Part shown: positions 35,397 through 45,400 of the stretch, in pieces
Layout: each line of letters begins with the position of its first letter
How positions within the stretch are numbered: the stretch's first letter is position 1
Sequence record: NC_019521.1
DNA: 64,000 nt
Strand: one strand, 5' to 3'
Program-made: the position numbers and the translations under genes
The notes under the pieces: generated by a model
Told to the model about the DNA's origin: nothing
What the model saw: the letters and a program-made list of their open reading frames with translations, nothing else
Database searches by the model: none

Positions 35397-35758
35397 TGAC
35401 TAGAAAAGAAATGATACAGTTCGCTGTAGAAGCAATGAAAAACAGACTAGCTGAATCTATCGTTTCAGTTAGTGAAAGATATCCAGAAGGTTTATTTCGT
35501 TTCAAATATAAAGGCTGGGTAGTTAATGATATATTCGATATACTAAGAATCGAATGGTTAGACAAATCATCTAAGCTTAAACTAGATAACGATGATTTGA
35601 CTTTACTGATTACGAAGCATCCTGATTTCTATGATGATACATTTGTTTCTTTAGGGCATGAACCTGACTCTATCGAATCTCAAAAATACATAGCTTATGA
35701 AAGATTAAGAGGTTGGACGAGAGGATACGAAAAACTTCTTGAAAATTTCGAATATTAA
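35396..35758 (+). CDS. Hypothetical protein
   Basis: 120 aa, TAATG coupling. Confidence 0.7.
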   Translation: MTRKEMIQFAVEAMKNRLAESIVSVSERYPEGLFRFKYKGWVVNDIFDILRIEWLDKSSKLKLDNDDLTLLITKHPDFYDDTFVSLGHEPDSIESQKYIAYERLRGWTRGYEKLLENFEY

Positions 35759-35764
35759 AAGTAA

Positions 35765-35810
35765 ACGAAACCCTCGGAAACTGAAACTTTCGAGGGTTTC
35801 GTAGTATAAT
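35765..35810 (+). promoter_or_regulatory. Hairpin-embedded early promoter
   Basis: ACGAAACCCTCGGAA-acTGAAAC-TTTCGAGGGTTTCGT-ag-TATAAT. Confidence 0.85.
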
Positions 35811-35838
35811 TATTACATTATACAAAATACTTTCAATT

Positions 35839-36066
35839 ATGGTACAATTTTCACAAGATGAGTTATTACTCCTATCATCATTAGGATTCGTATTAAAGGA
35901 TGGATTCTATACATTAGAAATGGAATTCGATTACGTTTCGATTCTTAAATATGCTGAAAACGAATTTAAACTAGAATGGTATGATTACGATTCTTATGGG
36001 CTCCAACATAAAGAATATTCGAAGAAAGATGAACAACTTTCAGAATTCGTATCAAGAACTATCTAA
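35839..36066 (+). CDS. Small acidic early protein
   Basis: 75 aa, D/E- and aromatic-rich. Confidence 0.7.
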   Translation: MVQFSQDELLLLSSLGFVLKDGFYTLEMEFDYVSILKYAENEFKLEWYDYDSYGLQHKEYSKKDEQLSEFVSRTI

Positions 36067-36077
36067 TCAAAAACGTC

Positions 36078-36410
36078 ATGCAAGACCCAATAAAAGAAAC
36101 AGTCAAAAAGATTTTCGATATCGTTATTAAAGCTTTAGATAATCTACAAGAATCTGAAGTTAACGATACTTTCATTTTGAAACATGGAAACTTCATCGTT
36201 AATGATGTAGCTGATATCGTTAATATCGAATCTACGTTAGGTAACATTTCTTCAGAAGAATTCGATCTATTCGAAATCATTTACGAACAATTAAATAGTG
36301 ATACATTCTTTAGAAACGATACAGACTCAAACAATGTACGTAGACTAATTTCCGGATTACGAAGAGCTGAATACAAACGTTCATATAACATATTTCTTAA
36401 AGACATTTAA
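36078..36410 (+). CDS. Hypothetical protein
   Basis: 110-aa ORF. Confidence 0.7.
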   Translation: MQDPIKETVKKIFDIVIKALDNLQESEVNDTFILKHGNFIVNDVADIVNIESTLGNISSEEFDLFEIIYEQLNSDTFFRNDTDSNNVRRLISGLRRAEYKRSYNIFLKDI

Positions 36411-36419
36411 TCAAACATT

Positions 36420-37094
36420 ATGACAAGCACTGTTGAACCTGTTATGTTCTATGAACATAAGGACGAACTAATCAAAACTTACGAAACTATAGCTACGATT
36501 TTAATCAGTGAAGATGTAAGTGTTTTAAGAATCGAAAAGAGTCAAGAAGGAACTAGGGTTCTATTTTTCAATAAAAAAGTAGAAAATGTTCTAGACCTTC
36601 TTAGCGTTCTTAAATTCAATAGAGTTCTAGATAACAAGAGTAACATGGAAATGGAGAAATTCATGGATTTAGTATTCTTTCTGAAATCTTTAGAATTCAA
36701 AACTTCTTTGAATTGTACTGAAGCGTTAATCAAGAAACGTCTTGAAGAAATTTCAAGATATTTGAATTCGGTAGTATTCGATTTAACGAAATTACCAGAA
36801 CCTCCATTAACTTTAGAAACTATTAAAACTGGTGATACGTTCTACTATCTAAACGATAATCTTAATATCGTAAGATATGAATTTCGTGAAGAATATCCTA
36901 TGAAGTCTAAGTCTATGCAACGAAAATACTTCATAGTTATCGACAGATGTAACGAAAGACCTATTAGAGTTCATTTCAAAGTTTTGGAAAAGATGTTAGA
37001 AGCTAATATCAGAACTTTGAAAGAAGCTAAGATCGTTAAGTTGGAAAAATACAAAGAATTCGTTAAAACGTTAGAAGAAAATATCAATGAATAG
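36420..37094 (+). CDS. Hypothetical protein
   Basis: 224-aa ORF. Confidence 0.75.
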   Translation: MTSTVEPVMFYEHKDELIKTYETIATILISEDVSVLRIEKSQEGTRVLFFNKKVENVLDLLSVLKFNRVLDNKSNMEMEKFMDLVFFLKSLEFKTSLNCTEALIKKRLEEISRYLNSVVFDLTKLPEPPLTLETIKTGDTFYYLNDNLNIVRYEFREEYPMKSKSMQRKYFIVIDRCNERPIRVHFKVLEKMLEANIRTLKEAKIVKLEKYKEFVKTLEENINE

Positions 37095-37674
37095 TAAGAC
37101 AATATTAGTTGCTGGAAACATTGGAAATATGTCATGTTCTTCAGCATTGAATAAAATTCAATCGGGTGAAAAGGTATCAGTTTCATCAGACAAAGGTACT
37201 TTAGGTAACGAATGTAATCGTTCAGTTTGTGAAAACAAACCAGCTTTGTATTTCAATAAATCTACTAAGAAGCATTACTGTAAGCAATGTTCTAGTATGA
37301 TTAACGATGCTACTCGTGGTGATGCATATCGTTTGTATGGTTCTGAATTATGTCAGTTAGACGAATCTCTTACTGAAGAAGAGATCAGAATGTATGAGAA
37401 GCTTTTGGACATTGCAATTCCTCAAATACCTGAATCAGACTTAATGGATGATGCAGCTTTAGATTACAAAGATACTTACATGAAATTCAAAGAAAGTGAT
37501 ATCTTCAGTAAAGGAAGCATGGAAGATTATCTTTACGGTAAACTTACACGTAAGGAAATGGAATATGTTGGTAAAGCTATTCCAGTAACCAGTTCGATTA
37601 CTATAGGTAGAAATGACCCATGTCCATGTAAATCTGGAAAGAAATTCAAACAGTGTTGTATTAATAAACGATAA
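37087..37674 (+). CDS. SEC-C motif protein with an N-terminal Cys-rich zinc finger
   Basis: C-terminal GRNDPCPCKSGKKFKQCC; N-terminal CNRSVC...YCKQC. Confidence 0.85.
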   Translation: MNSKTILVAGNIGNMSCSSALNKIQSGEKVSVSSDKGTLGNECNRSVCENKPALYFNKSTKKHYCKQCSSMINDATRGDAYRLYGSELCQLDESLTEEEIRMYEKLLDIAIPQIPESDLMDDAALDYKDTYMKFKESDIFSKGSMEDYLYGKLTRKEMEYVGKAIPVTSSITIGRNDPCPCKSGKKFKQCCINKR

Positions 37675-37678
37675 CGAA

Positions 37679-38287
37679 ATGATAGAAAACATAGGAACGT
37701 TATATGTAATAACGAATAAACATGATGGTGGAAAATTCAAATCGATGTTTAACTTAATAGCATGTAATAAAGAAGTACCTTCTAAACATTCTATAGGGAC
37801 AGAAGATGAAATTAGTTTATTCTGGTTCGAAAAATTGATTACGAAAATAAACATAATCGACGATCAGAAAGATAAAGCTGTAGACAGTGCTAAACGTAAG
37901 ATTCGTGAAGTTTACAGGATTTTCAAAGAAATGGATTTCGATTTAGAAATGTATCTTAACTATAACGATTGTAAGTTAATAATCGAACCGGTTGACAAAG
38001 ACGTTTTCGCTATTACTGAACTAACTGAATCATTAGTTTCAGAAATTAGAACTATCGATAATCTTCAGGAAGTCGCTGAAGTCTTAGAAAAATCCATTAA
38101 GAATGGATGCAAATATGTTTCATTGAATGGTACATTCTTTACTAGTGATGAGAATTTAGCTTCTTATGTAACCTATTACGAATTTCCAGAAGAATATGAC
38201 AAGTCTTCGCTTTTGGAAGAAAGCAAGTTTCTTTCTAAAGTTCAAGCTTATAACATTTATACAGTAACTATAACAATACAACCATAA
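37679..38287 (+). CDS. Hypothetical protein
   Basis: Start moved to MIENIG to remove the overlap with the SEC-C gene. Confidence 0.7.
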   Translation: MIENIGTLYVITNKHDGGKFKSMFNLIACNKEVPSKHSIGTEDEISLFWFEKLITKINIIDDQKDKAVDSAKRKIREVYRIFKEMDFDLEMYLNYNDCKLIIEPVDKDVFAITELTESLVSEIRTIDNLQEVAEVLEKSIKNGCKYVSLNGTFFTSDENLASYVTYYEFPEEYDKSSLLEESKFLSKVQAYNIYTVTITIQP

Positions 38288-38289
38288 TT

Positions 38290-38517
38290 ATGAGTAAAAT
38301 GTCATCCCTTGCTGGATTAGCAATGTTATCAGCTTTAGGAGCTATGGAAAAATATGGAAAGGAATATTACGGAGAACCTGAAAGGGAATCTAAAGAACCA
38401 AAGGAAATAGTCAAACCTATTCCTAATGGTTGTAAAGAATACGTAATCGAAGGTAAAACTATCATAGCTATTTCTGAGAAATCTGCTATGAAAAAATTCA
38501 AAAGAAAATATGGGTAG
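38290..38517 (+). CDS. Hypothetical small protein
   Basis: 75 aa, hydrophobic N-terminus, basic C-terminus. Confidence 0.7.
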   Translation: MSKMSSLAGLAMLSALGAMEKYGKEYYGEPERESKEPKEIVKPIPNGCKEYVIEGKTIIAISEKSAMKKFKRKYG

Positions 38518-38935
38518 TTATTACGGACAGGAATATAATGTGTCACCTGAAGGTTTGTTACCTAGAATGTTAGATGCTAAGTATTTTCAGATTTCTGACA
38601 ATCTTCATATCTTTGCTACACCGAATCTAGCAAAACCTTCGTTATATCGTAAAGGTTCAATTTGTCCAACAACATGGGTTAACATAGGACCAGAACTTGA
38701 TGTTGGTTATAGATATACTGATAAACGTTTTACAGTAACATACTATCGTGGTTCTTTAGATAAGATAGATTTTCATTTCGGTTCTAATCTTTCTAAAATC
38801 GTTAAAAGACAAATCAGAGAGTATTTCGAACGTATTCATATTTCGAATCTGTCACAAGTTTCTTATACTTTCGATATCTTTGTTTATTGTGAATCCGAAA
38901 CATTCGAAAAATTTATGAAAGAATTGTCTGAGTAA
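38510..38935 (+). CDS. Hypothetical protein
   Basis: 141-aa ORF. Confidence 0.7.
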   Translation: MGSYYGQEYNVSPEGLLPRMLDAKYFQISDNLHIFATPNLAKPSLYRKGSICPTTWVNIGPELDVGYRYTDKRFTVTYYRGSLDKIDFHFGSNLSKIVKRQIREYFERIHISNLSQVSYTFDIFVYCESETFEKFMKELSE

Positions 38936-38936
38936 C

Positions 38937-38965
38937 TGAAACTTTTGACATAATCGTAGTACTAT
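38937..38965 (+). promoter_or_regulatory. Early-type promoter TGAAAC-N17-TACTAT
   Basis: Matches the class. Confidence 0.75.
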
Positions 38966-38998
38966 ACATTTAATTAATAATCTGTAAACTATACAATC

Positions 38999-39352
38999 AT
39001 GAAACAAGTAGATTTAAACAAGGAAATTCAACTTCAGTATTTAGCTATCGAAAACGGTAGTCTAGTTCTTAAAGATAATTTAGTTATACCGTTAAAACAT
39101 TTGACTTCGTTAACATCACATGCTATAGTAAAGCATACAACTAAAGGTGTGATACAGCGTACTCAAAATCCTTTAGCGAATTCGTTAGTTAGAATAGCTA
39201 CTTTTAGTTTAATGGATGAAGAATTCATATGTAAGTTTAACGAATTCGATAAGATTCCAATGTTACCTACTGAAATCGTATTACTTGATAGAAGTACTAA
39301 AGATTATCCTGTTTCAAAAATGATAGATTTTTTGAAAGAAACTGTAAAATAA
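38999..39352 (+). CDS. Hypothetical protein
   Basis: 117-aa ORF. Confidence 0.7.
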   Translation: MKQVDLNKEIQLQYLAIENGSLVLKDNLVIPLKHLTSLTSHAIVKHTTKGVIQRTQNPLANSLVRIATFSLMDEEFICKFNEFDKIPMLPTEIVLLDRSTKDYPVSKMIDFLKETVK

Positions 39353-39371
39353 TTGAAAAATAAAGTAAAAT

Positions 39372-39414
39372 AAAGCCTCAGAAACTGAAACTTCTGAGGC
39401 TTTTGTAGTATAAT
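39372..39414 (+). promoter_or_regulatory. Hairpin-embedded early promoter
   Basis: AAAGCCTCAGAA-acTGAAAC-TTCTGAGGCTTT-tgtag-TATAAT. Confidence 0.85.
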
Positions 39415-39452
39415 ATACTAAATAAAACATAAATAACTTATATCTTTCAATT

Positions 39453-39812
39453 ATGGCAAATCAATCAAATATCGACATCTTAAATTTCGAATTTCCAAAC
39501 GATACAATTCTTCATTCATATGAAGCTTCTCTTCAAATCGATTATAACTCAACTTATAACGATAAAACTAATCAGGTTACTCAAAAGGAAGGTTTTTACA
39601 ATACTTGGAAACCTAAAACTAAGAAACAACTTATCAGTCTTCATGATAATATCTTGAAACAAGTTTCAAGAGAAATGTTGACAGAGGATATTTCAGAGGT
39701 TTACATTACAGTAAGAGCTAATTACACTTACAAAGACAAACCTGGATATCCTGGTTTCAGTACAAGCAAAAACTTAGTTAAGAAATACATCACTTTCAGA
39801 AACGGTCACTAA
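39453..39812 (+). CDS. Hypothetical early protein
   Basis: 119-aa ORF. Confidence 0.75.
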   Translation: MANQSNIDILNFEFPNDTILHSYEASLQIDYNSTYNDKTNQVTQKEGFYNTWKPKTKKQLISLHDNILKQVSREMLTEDISEVYITVRANYTYKDKPGYPGFSTSKNLVKKYITFRNGH

Positions 39813-39848
39813 AATATTTCCAATAAATAATCTTCAATACTATCAACT

Positions 39849-40649
39849 ATGTCAACTACAAAAATCGATAAAATCACAAAGAAAATTGCAGCTTTACTTC
39901 AAAAAGCTGAATCAGCTAAAGAACTTGGTTCAATTGCAGAATTCGAAGCCTTTACAGCACACGCTAACAAGCTTATCATTGAATACAATATCGAACAATC
40001 GAAAATCGATGCGTTAAATGGTGAGGAAAAATTCGCAAAATATGGGAAGTCTTCCATGATTTTCTATGATGGATATTGGGGTTCTCAATGGAGATACAAA
40101 TTAGCAATGGTTTTATCTGAACATAACTTTTGTACGTTCACTACAAAAACTCGTTCTAGAAATTTAACTTTCTATGGTGACATGACAAACGTTGAAAACG
40201 TTGTTTGGTTATATCATTTCTTGAATATGAAACTTCAAGCTTTAGCTGTAAACGCTTGGAAAACTCACTTGAAACGTAAACGTACTGATCCTGTATACAA
40301 ATTGGAAGCTGAATTAATGGAAGCTTTAGGTTCTGGTACTAAACATCAATTCGGTAAAGCTTTCTTATTAGGTGTTGTTCAAGGAATCGATATTAAACTT
40401 AACGAAGAAAAAGAAAAATCTGAGTTAGCTAACGAAATCAATTCTTTAATGATCGTTAACAAAGAAGCTTTAAGAGAATATATCGATCTTACTGTTAAAA
40501 ACTTAAGACGTGATGCAGCTCCTCAGAAATTAACTTATATGTCTGATCAAGCTTACAAAGCTGGAATCGATACTGGTAAAAACATTGAATTCAACGAAAG
40601 AAAATTATCAAGTACTGAGGAACAAGCTAAATCGAAAATGTTAAGCTAA
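39849..40649 (+). CDS. DUF2786-type protein
   Basis: KKIAALLQKAES..EFEAFTAHANKLIIEYNI N-terminal motif; AFLLGVVQGI; AYKAG..G ending. Confidence 0.8.
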   Translation: MSTTKIDKITKKIAALLQKAESAKELGSIAEFEAFTAHANKLIIEYNIEQSKIDALNGEEKFAKYGKSSMIFYDGYWGSQWRYKLAMVLSEHNFCTFTTKTRSRNLTFYGDMTNVENVVWLYHFLNMKLQALAVNAWKTHLKRKRTDPVYKLEAELMEALGSGTKHQFGKAFLLGVVQGIDIKLNEEKEKSELANEINSLMIVNKEALREYIDLTVKNLRRDAAPQKLTYMSDQAYKAGIDTGKNIEFNERKLSSTEEQAKSKMLS

Positions 40650-40675
40650 AAACATCTCTCAATAATTATAAAGTC

Positions 40676-40712
40676 AATCGAACCCATCTTAACGGATGGG
40701 TTCGATTCATTT
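40676..40712 (+). terminator. Intrinsic terminator
   Basis: AATCGAACCCATC-ttaac-GGATGGGTTCGATT-cattt. Confidence 0.8.
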
Positions 40713-40730
40713 TCTCAATTTATACATATT

Positions 40731-40739
40731 TCATAGGAC
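40731..40739 (+). promoter_or_regulatory. Late-type promoter TATACATAT
   Basis: Exact motif. Confidence 0.75.
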
Positions 40740-40745
40740 AAACTT

Positions 40746-42224
40746 ATGGCAATTCAATTAACACGAGTATCACAATATTCAGCTTTAGAAGTAGGAGAAA
40801 CATTTGGATCAGATTTAAACGATATCGATCTATACGTTTACGACTTTAACAATAGTACAGGTAAACAAGTTCTAGGTGCTGACAATAGTAACAATTCAAG
40901 AAACTATTCAACGTCACCATATCTGCAAAACGTTTTCTTAAAAACTACACCCAGACCTTATATTCCTGACACTTATCATGATTCTAGAGAAATAAGTACT
41001 TTACTTCCTGGAAATTTACCAATGGTACAGTTTCAGAAGCTTAGATTACATATGTCAGCAGGTTGGACATATCCTTCTAATATTCATGGAATGTGGTTTA
41101 GAATTTATGTCAAGATAAACGAAATCGATGTTACTTTAGCTTCGATAGTTGATGAATATTTCGACACAAGATTAGAAACTAATTCGAGAGAATATGTTTT
41201 GGAAAATCAAGTGTTTACTCAACATATTGAAGTAGATGTTCTTGACATTAACTTTCTGTTCTCTCAGAAGACACAAGCTTTTCAGGATATAATTAATATT
41301 TTCACTAACGGTCAGCAAGTGTCATATGTATCAGATTTAATGATAGAATTCGGTTTTATTGATAATGATGATATGGTTACGTTTGTTGAAAATGGATTCC
41401 CATTCGAACGATTCTCAAGTTTAACTGACTATCGTAATCAAATCATACAAAGGTCTACTGAAGATTCTCAACTGTTTTCGTTAATATCTTTACAGAAAGA
41501 AAATCCAAATTATCTAGATTTCAAATTAGCTCATAGCACTACAACACTTCAAGCTTATTTCGAGAAGTTCAAAGAGATAAATGAAGAAATCGATATATTT
41601 CATCAGGTTACATTTTCATTCTATGATTCTAATGATGTACTGTTATCAACTGATTCGATAGAACTTAGAAACTTTTCTGATCAATACGCTTCAGTTAGTT
41701 ACATTCCTCATGAATACTATACATCGGATCATATACTTGTACGATGCGTTTCTAGAGCTGTTAATTCAGGTTCTGGTCAAACATGGATTCGAGTTTCAGA
41801 GTTAGCGGTTTTAACAGCTGATTTGAAACCATCGAATGAAGTATTTCAATTTGATAATCTTATCGTTAAGAACGAAATAACAAAGATCGAACATAAACTT
41901 GAGAATTCACCATTACTTCCAGAAGTTGTTGAAATTTACAAACCAGTATACTATGTTCTAGTTTCTAAAGAACAACCAGAAATTTCGATCTCACCATTTG
42001 ATTCAGCATTCGCTTTCGATATCGATATCGAAGTTGTAGCTTCTAAAAAGTTATCTTTACGAATAGGTGAACGTGTATATGAAGAAACTTCAAGGACGTC
42101 TAATTCTGTCATATTTAATATCAAAGCTTTAGAATACTATCGAAAGGAAAAGGAATACTATATCGTAGACGGAAATCTACAGGAAGTATTTCGAGGAAAG
42201 GTTACAAGATACGGAGAACAATAA
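40746..42224 (+). CDS. Putative virion structural protein
   Basis: 492 aa, stand-alone late promoter and terminator. Confidence 0.55.
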   Translation: MAIQLTRVSQYSALEVGETFGSDLNDIDLYVYDFNNSTGKQVLGADNSNNSRNYSTSPYLQNVFLKTTPRPYIPDTYHDSREISTLLPGNLPMVQFQKLRLHMSAGWTYPSNIHGMWFRIYVKINEIDVTLASIVDEYFDTRLETNSREYVLENQVFTQHIEVDVLDINFLFSQKTQAFQDIINIFTNGQQVSYVSDLMIEFGFIDNDDMVTFVENGFPFERFSSLTDYRNQIIQRSTEDSQLFSLISLQKENPNYLDFKLAHSTTTLQAYFEKFKEINEEIDIFHQVTFSFYDSNDVLLSTDSIELRNFSDQYASVSYIPHEYYTSDHILVRCVSRAVNSGSGQTWIRVSELAVLTADLKPSNEVFQFDNLIVKNEITKIEHKLENSPLLPEVVEIYKPVYYVLVSKEQPEISISPFDSAFAFDIDIEVVASKKLSLRIGERVYEETSRTSNSVIFNIKALEYYRKEKEYYIVDGNLQEVFRGKVTRYGEQ

Positions 42225-42237
42225 GTTCTCCGTTTTT
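42211..42237 (+). terminator. Terminator overlapping the stop codon
   Basis: ACGGAGAAC-aataa-GTTCTCCGT-TTTT. Confidence 0.8.
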
Positions 42238-42308
42238 GTTTAGTATAATATCAATACTAATAATACATATTCTATAATGATAAACTAGTTACTTTTCGTA
42301 ACATTCAG

Positions 42309-42337
42309 GATAACGATTATTCAAAGTTTAGTATAAT
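42309..42337 (+). promoter_or_regulatory. Early-type promoter variant GATAAC-N17-TATATA
   Basis: Weak variant upstream of the primase-helicase. Confidence 0.4.
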
Positions 42338-42402
42338 ATAATCTATTAAGATAGTTACTCATTATACACACGTACTGCAAATATTAGGAAAGATTTATAA
42401 AC

Positions 42403-45400
42403 ATGAAACACATTACAATCAAAGCTATTCATGCTAAGATGCAAGAAGGTGATGATCGTCTATATGATAGACGTTTCTCACTTTCAAGGGAAAACGATGT
42501 GAACAAATACTCAGTTCACTTAGAAGACACAGGAATGCACCCATTAATTCCAAAATTCTCCCTGAAAGACTTAGCTGAATTATCAAAACAGAATCAAGAA
42601 TCGTATACGAAAATTATAGAAGACATTAAAACTTCAAGACTTTCTGATAAACGATTAACTGGTTCTGATCAATCTATTTTTCTAAATGAAAATGGATGGG
42701 ATTCTGAAGATGATATTGAAGATATCGATCTAAGAATCGAGGAATTGAAAATTCGTTTAGCTTCAAAATATCGTGAAAGGATTGATTCAAATTCTATCGA
42801 TAATGTAATACCTCATGAATTGATTGAAGAAATCAATCGTTTAGAATTACGTAAGAATGGTTGGAATGCAATGACTAAGTTCAATGACACAAAATACATT
42901 CTTCAGAATTCGATTACAATATTTCAGGATGCTTTCGAAACTAACAAACATATTGACGACTTCGATAATAACAAAGAAACTCGTAAAGAAAAACCTTTCA
43001 AATATCGTAATCGTTCATTAGCTGGAATTTTACAATTAATCGCAACTCCGAATTCAACGAATAAGATTAATCGTGAACAAATCTATTCAGTAACAACTGG
43101 TATCAGACCTGTTTCAGATTCTTATCATCTATGGAACGGATTTCAAATCTTTGACTTAGACTTGAAAAACTCATCAACTGAACATAACGTTGACAAAATC
43201 AAGGAAAAACTTTACAACGATTTGAAACAATATAACTGGTTCTTAGGTGTTGGAAAATCAACTTCTGGTAACGGTATTCACGTTTATACTAAAGTTGCTA
43301 GACCACATCAGTATTATCTGAATCCTGAGGATAATGAATCCTTAATCAAATATTGGTTCCGTATCTCATACATTCAGAAATATTCAATCTTAAGGTATCT
43401 GTTAGGTGATGTATATGGATTAGAACTAAATCTAAACCATCCTAAGAAAGCTGTAATTGACTTTTCAATGGCACGTATTCAACAAGGTGCTAAAATTACA
43501 TACGATCCAAATTTCTTAATCAATGAGAATTTCGAAGACTTACAAATTCAGTTTGGATTTCATATCCCACCGAAAGTAAATCTTGAACTTGAAGATTGGT
43601 TGACACATCAATCGATTATGGAAAGTAAGAAAATCCAAAACTGGAATCGTGAACATGACATAATCGTTGAATCTATTGAGAACAATGGTTCGTTCAAAGA
43701 GTTCAAAGAATTAGATGTATCTACAGATTTAGAATTTGACAGAAATCAAACTATCGAAACTTTGAAACCTTTCGAAGGTGAGATTTATTACGCATTACGT
43801 TGGAACGTTGTAAATACAGTTGCTGCTATATTTGGTGAGCAAGGTCGTGAAATTGCACATTTTGTTTTGAAATCCGAATTCTGTAAAAATGAATCAGAGA
43901 TTCAAGGTATGTACAATACAGCGATAACTTCAAACAAACCATTTACGAAATGGGGTATTCAAATACTTCAAACATGTGGATTACAAGTTAAATACACAGA
44001 TGAAGGTGAGGATAAACTTGATGAAGAATTAAAAGCGGAACTTAAAGCATTACTTCAATCAGCTTCAAAGAATATTACAAGAAAGGACAATAACGTAATT
44101 ACTTTGAAATCTAACGAATATCTTGGAAACATATCAGACGTAATACTTGGGAAAATGACACAAGATAAAGTTAATCTTGTAATATCTCCTCCAGGTACTG
44201 GTAAGACTGAATGGATTAAGTCATTAGTAAAACAAGGTAAAAAGGTTTGTTTAGTACTTCCATATACTTCAATTATTCAAGCTAAAATTGAGAAAGATGA
44301 AGAGTTCTCGAAACTATTCGATTCATACTATGGTTATACAGCTATCGAGAAACATGGCGGTAAATCTGCTGTAATGACTATCGATAAGTTCGCAAACTGT
44401 GATACTGAACAATTACTTCATTCATATGATTACATAGCATTAGATGAATCTCACTTGATTTTTACAAGTTCGTTTAGGTTAAGAGCTATGTCAAATGCTT
44501 TGAAGAAAATTAAGGAACTTACGAAACCAAAACTAATGTCATTTGGATTAGCTAAAACTATTCTTATGACTGGTACACCAACTGGTGAGATTCCATATTT
44601 TGATTTCTATAAGAATTTGAATCTGTTCACAATTACTAAAGAGGAGAAACGTTCTAAAAATGTTAAGTTCAGAATTTGTAACACAGTAGATGAACAACTT
44701 TGTCAAATCGCAATTCATATAGCTAAATCATTACAAATCGGTCGTAAGGTATTGTTTCCAACAAACAAAGGTGATAATCAAGCTATCAAACTTGTTGGTA
44801 TGATCGAATTCATTTTGAAACGTTCAATCAAATGGGGATATTACAAGAAATCTAATCAAGGTGATGAACTTTCGAATTCGATTAATGACGATGCAACAAT
44901 GTCGAATTACGAATTGTTATTAGCTTCAAACTATTTATCAGTAGGTATCGATATTAAGGATATTGCAGATTTCGAATGTATCTATGATAACTCATTTGCT
45001 GCATATGAAATAGAACAATTCAATTGTCGTTTACGTGAAGTTGATATTAGTTCAACAGTTTATTTAGCTTGTCATACACCAAGTGGTGAGGTATCTCCAG
45101 CGATTATGAATGTTGAATCTTTCAGTTTAGAAATGAATCGAATAGATCGTGATTTATTACGTGACCATTTGGATATCGCTCAAACGAAATTGAATCTTTC
45201 AGCTAACTATGATCCAATAACAAGACGTATTTTCACTCCAGGATTGGATATTGAAAACGGTCAAGTGGTATTTAAACTTGAAGAACATGAATTGGTAAAA
45301 TTTGAAGAACGATTCTTACAGGTTTACAAATCTCCATATTTCGTAGCAAGAGGTTTAGCTGAATTCGGATATTCTATAGATATCGAAATAGCTGAAAAAC

